Source: Naegleria gruberi (Eukaryota). Taken from it: DNA of 64,000 nucleotides. The stretch lies in NCBI GenBank assembly GCA_000004985.1, contig GG738855.1, one strand, 5' to 3'. How positions within the stretch are numbered: position 1 is the first letter of the stretch; each line of letters starts with the position of its first letter. Positions 55,492 through 64,000 of this stretch are shown piece after piece. The notes beneath the pieces were generated by a model that was not told the origin of the DNA, made no database searches, and saw only the letters and a program-made list of their open reading frames with translations. A program made the translations under genes and the position numbers.

Positions 55492-56993
55492 ATGCAAGAA
55501 TTATTTAATAAAAAAATGTTTAAACAATCATCGTTGAAATCCTTGTACATTTCATCTTGTTGGATGAAAATTCCGAAAGCCTTTGCAAATCACCATGCTC
55601 CAATAGTTACTTCAATCAATAACAATCGTGATTGTTTTACTACTAACGAATTTTCTCATCAATGGGAGAGAAGATTCTATGCAACCATCATGTAAGTCTT
55701 TTAATTTGGAATTTTCTCAAGTATTCATACAATTATTTAAATTATAATATTAATTGATATATTACTAATGTATGAAATTTCAATATAATTAGGAATAAGA
55801 GTGTTCAAGTGAGTAAACCAAAGGCAGAGGCCAAGAACAAATCAAACTTTGCCAAATCTCAAGAAAAAATCAAAAAACAAAAGGTACAACAAGTTCAACA
55901 AAGAAATGAAAAGGATTACATTTCGGATAAAACTCAATTGGAAAAAACACTCAAAATACAAGAATTAATTGGAAAATATGCTACTTTGAAAGGAAAGAGT
56001 GAATTATCGGAACAAGATGAAAAATTGCAAATTGAATTTTTAAGAAAAATAGTTCAATATCCTAATTTTATATTTATGAACATGTTGGAAGCTGGAAGCT
56101 CAATGGATCCTTCAATTTTAGGAAATGTAAATATATTCTCGAGTAAGCTTAAATATGATCAATATCTGGAAAGATTTGAGTCAAAATTACTCAAAAAGGA
56201 ATATGCAAGTGTAAAAGTGTCAAGTGCACCAAATATTGCTCAAATATTGGCTGCCACCTCATCCACATCAAGTATTGATGTCTTGACTGCCACCATTGAT
56301 GACACTATCAAGTTATCGCCACCGGAACTGAGAGAAATTATGGATTGGACTTCAATTGTTTGGTCAGAGCTGTTATATTCAGTACTGATAAAATCTATAA
56401 AGGAGCAAAATCAAACAGCTGGTGAGCTTAAAGATTTGGATATTCAATTGCAAAATGTTTCACATGATTTGAAACAAAATAAGGGCTCATACCTAGCCAT
56501 GCAAAATAAGTACCAAAAGCTCATTGATGAAAAAGTTAAACTCTTGCAATCTCAAGAATCTAAATCAGAGGGATACAAATCCAGACTCTATCTCACTGAA
56601 AAGATCTATGTTGCCCAGAGGGATAATGAAAGTTTGAGTGAGGTCGATAAATTTGCTGTCCCATCTCGAAAGGATCCATCTAAGAAGATTGTTCACATTT
56701 ATTCAGCTCCAGATGTAGCTGCATTGGAAATTCACAACTTTATGAAAACAGCCAAAGACAACTCTGTCAGTATTGCTGTTGTTTCTGGAAGTGAATTATT
56801 TGAATTTCTGGTGAGAAATAAGATTGATTTATTGAGGATTTCATTCTTGGGCAATTATGATGATCTTATCACTCATAAATTGAACTTGGAGGAAATTGAA
56901 GAAATTGCAGATATTGGTAGAAGGGAAGCACAAAAGAGACAAACAGATAATGAGAACAATCAACAAGAAGAAAAGGAACCAAAGCAAGAATAA
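55492..56993 (+). CDS. hypothetical protein with a presequence-like N-terminus and coiled-coil regions, join(55492..55691,55793..56993)
   Basis: The exon-1 ORF ends in ...ATIM with a GTAAGT donor overlapping the stop codon. A 101-nt AT-rich intron ends at AATTAG. Exon 2 is in frame. Confidence 0.5.
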
Positions 56994-56998
56994 AAAAA

Positions 56999-57781
56999 AT
57001 GATGAACAACCAAAACACTGACCCATCACTGCAACTTTGTGCAAACCATTTGTTTGACATGATAAATCGGAAGTTGAGTGAATTGAATGCATATGAAGAA
57101 AGATTAAAAAAGAAGGAATTGGAATTAGAAAGGAGAGAAAGGGATTTGGAAAAGTTAATATTATCAAACAATTCACAATCTTCTCCAATAATAAGCGAAA
57201 ATAATATTTTAAATAATTTATCATCATTGGATGCAACTATCACAACAAGGGTTTTTAATGTCACTGAATTTGATACGGAATATACTAGTAACAAATTGAA
57301 AGTACTAAATGACAATAGAACAGTTCAGAAAATTTATAATGATGATTGGCCATGTGCTTGTATGGGGCTGATTCCAGATCACATAATTGATTCTAATAAT
57401 TTTGACATTGTTAGATTTCAAACAAAATTCACCAATAATTGTTGGAATAATTTATTTGTTGGATATGCATTTAAGGATGATTTTTACTTGTCAGGAAAAA
57501 ACTATTCTGTCTGCTCCTATATGATCTGTTTGCATAAATTGGACAACGAAATCAAGATTTACAAATATTGGCCAGAAAATGAGTCGGGTTCTGAAATTGA
57601 AAATTACTATTTTGGAACTAACATTCAAACACTAGAAATGATTCATAACAAGGTAGAGGGTAAAATTTCGTTAATTATTAATGGTCAACCAAATACATTA
57701 TTCAAAGATGAATTGCTGAAATCAACTTTGCATCCTGCTTTTGAATTGAGTCAATATCAAGCTACTTGTGAGCTGATATAA
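56999..57781 (+). CDS. coiled-coil plus SPRY/B30.2-like domain protein
   Basis: It has an N-terminal coiled coil (KKKELELERRERDLEKL) and a C-terminal beta-rich region with a WNNLFVGYAFK...YSVCSYMICLH pattern typical of SPRY. Confidence 0.45.
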   Translation: MMNNQNTDPSLQLCANHLFDMINRKLSELNAYEERLKKKELELERRERDLEKLILSNNSQSSPIISENNILNNLSSLDATITTRVFNVTEFDTEYTSNKLKVLNDNRTVQKIYNDDWPCACMGLIPDHIIDSNNFDIVRFQTKFTNNCWNNLFVGYAFKDDFYLSGKNYSVCSYMICLHKLDNEIKIYKYWPENESGSEIENYYFGTNIQTLEMIHNKVEGKISLIINGQPNTLFKDELLKSTLHPAFELSQYQATCELI

Positions 57782-57844
57782 ATTTTTTCAGATTTGAGAA
57801 TAATCTTAATAATTTTTTGAAAAAGTCTCAATGGAGTAATTAAT

Positions 57845-59212
<1,368 letters not shown>

Positions 59213-59335
59213 TTATTAAGGATTGTATTTTGCAAGTTTCTCTATAATGGAGGACGAGCGATTTTTTTTAATTTTGTTTCTAAGAACAAGCAACCCTGTT
59301 ACGTTATTTAAACAAAACTACAACCTTTTGTAATA

Positions 59336-59426
59336 TTGTGGCGCCAAAATAAAATACAAAAATTTGGCGGGTTCAGTACAATTCCTTATTAATAACATTT
59401 TTACAGTTATTTTGGCGGTAAAATAT
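59336..59426. promoter_or_regulatory. Cluster of three E2F-like GC-rich motifs 130-220 bp upstream of the alpha-tubulin ATG
   Basis: The motifs TGTGGCGCCAAAA, ATTTGGCGGGTT and TTTTGGCGGTAAAA lie in an otherwise roughly 80 percent AT spacer. Each is approximately TTTSGCGS, and the first is palindromic. Confidence 0.4.
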
Positions 59427-59501
59427 GTGAGTACTCATTTCTGTTGTAAACTTTAAAATTAATCCAAAAAATCTTTCCAATGTACTATTGTAATAAGTTA
59501 A

Positions 59502-61472
59502 CTATTTATTATTATTATTATTGTTATTGTTATTATTATTGGCATTATTCCTATTGTTTGGATTATTCATAAGGTTCATACCACCATTTACCATATACAT
59601 TGGTTGATTGAAAGGAAGATTTGGCATGTTTGGCATATTTGGCATGTTTGCCATGTTGAATGGCATAACAAAATTATATGGAAATGGCATTGGATTGGAC
59701 AAGATTAATCCTTGTGTATTTTGATAACCAGGTATTGTAGTTGGCACTGTTGGTGCTGTGGGAGGGTTCAAGTTTGGTGGTAATGCTTGAGATGGTTGTG
59801 GTTGTGTTGGTGGTGGCTTTTCTGAACATTTTTCAATCAGTTCAGTACCTATTGGGAATGATACAAAAACAGGTTCAGAGGCAATGGTGTTGGCGGTGAT
59901 GGTTTCCTGTTCCTTTGTTTTATCAAAGTATATCTTCAAGTATTGATAAGGGAATAGTAATAGGGATGACTTGTCATCAATTGGAGCAGTAATGAAATAT
60001 TTCTTCTTGGCCATATTGTTCAATAGAGTTGGAATTTTAGTTGCCTGGGTTGACGGTGTTAATTTCCATAAATGAACTTTCATATCCTTCTTTACAAGAT
60101 TTGCAATTATACTAGTTTTAAGGGACATGAGATTCTTGGTAATCTTGATATCTTTTGGCCATTTACTGGAATCAACAACAATTTCACTTTTAGCATAACC
60201 TTCCAAATGTCCAATAATAGAGTTAGGAGAATCAATACTGAATGTTAATTTGTGAATTTGTACATGGTTAGGACCAATTGTGTAGTCATTAATAGTTTTG
60301 GCAGCAGTACTAGATGTAGAATTTCCACTAGGTGTGCTTCCTGTAGAATTTGGAGTTGAAGTAGTTCCAGATGTGGTTGAATTGGTAGGAGTACTTCCAT
60401 TTGTTGGAGTTGTGGTAGTTGATTGATTGTTGGGAGTGGTTACAGTGGTTGGAGGTGTGGTTGAGGTATTATTGGTTGCTGAGCTAACTGTAGTTGGTGC
60501 AGTACTTGGAGCCAGAAAGCTTGGTGGTGGAGTTGTGACAGTTGTAATGACAGGAGGAATTACAACACCTTTAGCAACACTGGCTTTTGGTGGCAACTTT
60601 GGAGTAACATCCTTTTCTGTTTTGATATGGGTTGTGTTGGAGGCATTTGTGTTGATGCTACTATTGTTGGTATTAGCGCTGGCATTACTGTTTGAATCAT
60701 CATTCTTTTCATTCTTGTCATTCTTCTCCAAAGGTTGCAGTTTGAGTTTGTCTTTTTCAACTCCTCTCAAATCTATCAAAAGACCATATTCTGTATTGGG
60801 ATAATGTAAATTCATAGCATCTAGAATGAGTCTCGATAATCCTTCACTAATACTGAAAGGATCTGTAGAATTACTTGTGTTAGAGGTAACCATTGATTGT
60901 GGATCTAGCTTGCAAGCCTCTGTTATTTTTTTCCATTTTCTTGAAATGCTAGGGGAGAGTATTGAGATAATAAGACCCTTCTTGACCATATCTTTTACAA
61001 TTTCCATTGCATTCTTTCCAACATACATTCCATTCAAAATGCAAGGGTGCTCTGATGGAGTGGATGAACAAATCATCACATACTTTAAAGCATCCTTGTC
61101 CCATTCCAAATCAGTGATTGAAGTTGCAAGAGCTTCACTGACACAACTATGGGCAATACCACCAGCATAGAATTTTTCCTTCAATCCTTCCAAAATTTGG
61201 TAAAATGTGGAATAATCTTTAATGAAAGGAATTACCTTTACCAAAAAATCACCATTTGGTGGATAATTTTGAAATAAAACAGCAGAAAATTCCGTATTCT
61301 TATTTCTCAAATACAACATGTAGGGCACAATGACTCTGTTTAAAAAGTAGGCAAAATATGTCTTCATTCCTGTTGTTGTGTCGATTAAAATACATATTTG
61401 TTTAGGTTGATTATCAGATGGGCCATGTGCAGAAGATGATTTGGGAATTGAACCCGATCTATTACTTAGCAT
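59502..61472 (-). CDS. MED25: Mediator subunit MED25-like protein (N-terminal vWA-like domain, S/T-rich linker, ACID/PTOV-like domain, Pro-rich and poly-N C-terminus)
   Basis: The vWA blocks ICILIDTTTGMKTYFAYF, FYAGGIAHSCVSEALATSI, YVMICSSTPSE and GLIISILSPSI align in order with the MED25 vWA domain. The poly-N tail is encoded by (AAT/AAC)n. Confidence 0.55.
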   Translation of the reverse strand: MLSNRSGSIPKSSSAHGPSDNQPKQICILIDTTTGMKTYFAYFLNRVIVPYMLYLRNKNTEFSAVLFQNYPPNGDFLVKVIPFIKDYSTFYQILEGLKEKFYAGGIAHSCVSEALATSITDLEWDKDALKYVMICSSTPSEHPCILNGMYVGKNAMEIVKDMVKKGLIISILSPSISRKWKKITEACKLDPQSMVTSNTSNSTDPFSISEGLSRLILDAMNLHYPNTEYGLLIDLRGVEKDKLKLQPLEKNDKNEKNDDSNSNASANTNNSSINTNASNTTHIKTEKDVTPKLPPKASVAKGVVIPPVITTVTTPPPSFLAPSTAPTTVSSATNNTSTTPPTTVTTPNNQSTTTTPTNGSTPTNSTTSGTTSTPNSTGSTPSGNSTSSTAAKTINDYTIGPNHVQIHKLTFSIDSPNSIIGHLEGYAKSEIVVDSSKWPKDIKITKNLMSLKTSIIANLVKKDMKVHLWKLTPSTQATKIPTLLNNMAKKKYFITAPIDDKSSLLLFPYQYLKIYFDKTKEQETITANTIASEPVFVSFPIGTELIEKCSEKPPPTQPQPSQALPPNLNPPTAPTVPTTIPGYQNTQGLILSNPMPFPYNFVMPFNMANMPNMPNMPNLPFNQPMYMVNGGMNLMNNPNNRNNANNNNNNNNNNNK

Positions 61473-61598
61473 GTTATTGTGTTGTTATGATGAGAAGAAA
61501 AAATTATTCTTCTTTCTGCTCCGATTCGTGATTAAAAAAAATATCCAACAACAAGGATGTAATAATTTAAATTAGTTAATTTTTTTTGAATGTTATTT

Positions 61599-62378
61599 TT
61601 AATTTTGGTGCAAAACACTTGAGGCTTTGAGCAATTCATTCAACTTTTCTTCATCGTCCTCCTCTTCTTGTCTTCTTCGAGCTTGTTCTTCCTTCTTATT
61701 CTTTTGAGTTTCTTCCCAAACAGCTGCCCACATTTCCATACACTTACTGTGATAAAATAGTTGAGAATGAACAAACTCTTCAAATACTGTCCTCAAATCT
61801 CCAAGTCCTTCGTAGAGCTTTTTTTTCAATCCTCTATTTTCTCTAAGTTCTCTAATTTGATCATCTACAGATGTTGGCACCTTTCTTCTCTTTTTAATAT
61901 TCTTTTTTTGAGTTTTCACATATTCTGTATTGAAATCTCTTATGAGCTTCCATGTTTTTGAGAAACTCTCTATATCATTCGATTGTAATCTGTCAATTCG
62001 TTCTTGAAGAATAACATTTTGATTATTTGTATAAATGAATCCTTGGTGAAGAATAGCAAGAAATGTTTGTAAATCCTTATGATCCTTAACGTCAAGAGTT
62101 GATATTTTTTCATCGAGTGGGAGAAGAGACTTGTTGACAGTTTGTAAGCTCTTCTCATATTCTCTCAACTGAAATTTAAAAAAGTCAGCAAAGTCTAGCA
62201 CCTTCGTTCCTCTCTCCAGAGACTGTGAGGCGTAAAAGAGCATTGAATCGGAAGAGTTGGGATTAAGTGATGTTCCTAACGATTGTTGAAGTTGTTTTAG
62301 AGAATCATCAGAAGATCCTTGTGTTGGCATTCCACTAAGAGGAGATATTGGTGTTTTTGGTGTTGTTGTTCCTAACAT
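61599..62378 (-). CDS. hypothetical helical protein
   Basis: 259-aa ORF with an ATG start. It is predicted to be alpha-helical, with a basic KKNIKKRRK patch and an acidic C-terminus. Confidence 0.4.
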   Translation of the reverse strand: MLGTTTPKTPISPLSGMPTQGSSDDSLKQLQQSLGTSLNPNSSDSMLFYASQSLERGTKVLDFADFFKFQLREYEKSLQTVNKSLLPLDEKISTLDVKDHKDLQTFLAILHQGFIYTNNQNVILQERIDRLQSNDIESFSKTWKLIRDFNTEYVKTQKKNIKKRRKVPTSVDDQIRELRENRGLKKKLYEGLGDLRTVFEEFVHSQLFYHSKCMEMWAAVWEETQKNKKEEQARRRQEEEDDEEKLNELLKASSVLHQN

Positions 62379-62437
62379 TTTATGTACAATAAATAATAAT
62401 AAGGGAGTTGGTTCTTTTTTTTTAAAAAATGTAACAC

Positions 62438-62480
62438 TGTTGGCGCCAATAATTATGTATAATTTGGCGCCAAATTTACA
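62438..62480. promoter_or_regulatory. Two palindromic GGCGCC motifs (TGTTGGCGCCAATAAT and AATTTGGCGCCAAATTT) 60-100 bp upstream of the gene starting at 62378
   Basis: Direct observation. The second motif is a 17-nt perfect palindrome. Confidence 0.4.
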
Positions 62481-62598
62481 TCTTATTTGAATAATAGAAA
62501 CGAGTGTTCACTACAACATTAACTCTGTTAATGTCAACAGTTAAATCAATAAGAATTGCATCTCAGTTGATTTGTAAATTTCAATTTAAGTTAAAGAA

Positions 62599-62672
62599 TG
62601 GCTACGGCCATATCACGATGAATGCACCTCATCCCGATTTGAGACAACTTGGGAACCTGTGGTGCTGTAGTC
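62599..62672 (+). pseudogene. 5S rRNA pseudogene, 74 nt, with a 45-nt internal deletion
   Basis: Its 5' 37 nt and 3' 29 nt are near-identical to the 5S gene at 39081, with 2 substitutions. The middle segment ...TCCGATTTGAGAAGTTAAGCATCGTCGAGCCACATCAGTACTGAGGTTGGAGA is replaced by ATTTGAGA, and the junction lies within a TTGAGA direct repeat. The T-run is retained. Confidence 0.6.
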
Positions 62673-62777
62673 TTTTATCATAATCATCTCTAATATGACT
62701 GATTAAGGTCAACAGTAAGCTAAGTGCAATTCGTTTATTTTCCTATTAACATAGTGAAAGTCCTATTAGGTTGGATT

Positions 62778-64000
62778 TTAAAGACCAGTCGGATAGGTTT
62801 CTTCAAGTCGCTTTTTAGCCCATTGATGTTGCATATCTATTGGATGGACTGCAGTGGTGGTGTTGAAATGAATAAGGGCATCAAATTGCTTTGCGACCTT
62901 TGCTTCAAAGTAATGAGATTGTCTCTCAGTTTTCGGTCTGTAAATAACACCAATAGCTCTTTCTAGTCTCTCCTTTTCTAATTCCCTTCTCAAAGTTGCA
63001 TTAGTTTCAACACTTGGATCCTTGCTTTTAAATAATAGCATGTAGTCTTTGGTCTTTTGACCGATTGTTGCATCATGAAGCAATTCTTCAATTGAATCCT
63101 TCATACCAGGGTTGACACGTTTATATTCAGGATCTTGATTCCATTTATCAGCAGCTGTTACACTTCCATTAAATGTGGAAAACCCAACAATGTAGACATC
63201 ATCTGGAAAGTTTTCTCTGCACTTTCTTCCAATGTTAATTTCATGGCCCTTATCATAGATACTATCTGTTTGTGAGGCATCTCCAACATGAGAATTGTGA
63301 GCAAACACAATAACTTTGGCCTCTTTTCCATAGCTATTGGAGTAATATTTCATAATCTCAACCAGTGTCTCAAAGAAGTGCTCATCCCGAATATTCCAAC
63401 TTCCATCCACAAACATAACTCTATAATAATGCTCTGCATTCTTTACAACCATTGCATTTTGAATGGCATTGAAGAGATGGTCCTTTTCTTGTAATTCCTT
63501 TGTTTCTCTATTCTGCAAATCCAATAATACCTGCATTACCTTTTCTTGACATGATCCACCAATTACTTTTCTTATTGGCTCCTTCTTTTTGTAATTTTTC
63601 ATGCACTCATATTGCTCCCTCACATGTTTAGCACCTTCATGATCACCAATTGATTCGAAATATTCGAGAACGACCCTCATACTTCTGTCACTACTATACA
63701 AATCAAGACCGTACAATCCAACCATATCCTTCTCCTTATTGAATTGTGTATTATACTCCCTCAGCCACTCCACAAGATTGAGAGTGGGAACATTTCTCCA
63801 CATCCAAGTTGGGAATCGTTTAAATCCACTCAGTGAATCAACACCAGTGCAATCAATTTGGTGCTTGATAAATTCATTCACCCTAGAAGTATCGGGAAAG
63901 TCAGCCTCAAGGCAAATACAATTGAAACCCTTCTCTGATATTAGACGCTTTGTAATGGCTGCTCTGTGTTCGTAGAATTCATGTGTGCCATGAGATGCCT
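62778..64000 (-). CDS. erythromycin esterase (EreA/EreB, PF05139) family protein, 5' end beyond the window
   Basis: It has IVFAHNSHVGDA (the HNSH motif). The frame upstream of the track start at 63881, which is a GTG, continues open to the window edge. That upstream frame encodes ...ASHGTHEFYEHRAAITKRLISEKGFNCICLEADFPDTSR, which contains the EATHGTHEF-type N-terminal motif. Confidence 0.7.
   Translation of the reverse strand, partial: ASHGTHEFYEHRAAITKRLISEKGFNCICLEADFPDTSRVNEFIKHQIDCTGVDSLSGFKRFPTWMWRNVPTLNLVEWLREYNTQFNKEKDMVGLYGLDLYSSDRSMRVVLEYFESIGDHEGAKHVREQYECMKNYKKKEPIRKVIGGSCQEKVMQVLLDLQNRETKELQEKDHLFNAIQNAMVVKNAEHYYRVMFVDGSWNIRDEHFFETLVEIMKYYSNSYGKEAKVIVFAHNSHVGDASQTDSIYDKGHEINIGRKCRENFPDDVYIVGFSTFNGSVTAADKWNQDPEYKRVNPGMKDSIEELLHDATIGQKTKDYMLLFKSKDPSVETNATLRRELEKERLERAIGVIYRPKTERQSHYFEAKVAKQFDALIHFNTTTAVHPIDMQHQWAKKRLEETYPTGL

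Overview
This 64 kb window is eukaryotic nuclear DNA, and I see no prokaryotic locus in it. It is visibly AT-rich and gene-dense: about 40 protein-coding genes, roughly one per 1.6 kb, lie on both strands with short intergenic spacers. The standard genetic code applies, since long CAA-encoded poly-Q runs sit inside multi-hundred-codon ORFs. Introns are few and short, mostly 41-60 nt with one of 140 nt and one of 178 nt, and their donors are GTAAGT or GTATGT. Several adjacent ORFs in the supplied track are therefore exons of one gene: the 7TM gene, PAP2-like, LeuRS, CEP41, TsaE, NEDD1, GGH, two coiled-coil genes and the 55492 gene. Several track ORFs start at TTG or GTG and are not real starts.

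Confidently recognisable genes:
- cytosolic and core-cellular: alpha-tubulin, thiolase II, eIF1/SUI1, PEX12, the CIA factor NARFL/Nar1, gamma-glutamyl hydrolase, WASH subunit 3 (CCDC53), a MED25-like protein and a GNAT acetyltransferase
- centrosome or basal body: CEP41 and NEDD1
- bacterial-type organellar proteins: leucyl-tRNA synthetase, an Ffh/SRP54 homologue and a TsaE/YjeE homologue
- other bacterial-like ORFs: an erythromycin-esterase-family ORF running off the 3' edge of the window, and a tandem pair of ENaC/ASIC/degenerin-like two-TM channel paralogues
- RNA genes: one complete 5S rRNA gene, a second 5S copy with a 45-nt internal deletion, and one tRNA-Thr(CGU)

GC-rich palindromic E2F-like motifs (TTTGGCGCCAAA or TTTGGCGGGAA) recur in the AT-rich promoters of tubulin, NEDD1, CEP41 and several coiled-coil genes.

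The combination of flagellar and centriolar genes, organellar Ffh and TsaE, ENaC-like channels and AT-rich intron-poor genes suggests a heterolobosean-like amoeboflagellate such as Naegleria. This is inference only and no database search was possible.

Coordinates of splice sites were derived by hand from the ORF-track arithmetic and may be off by 1-2 nt.
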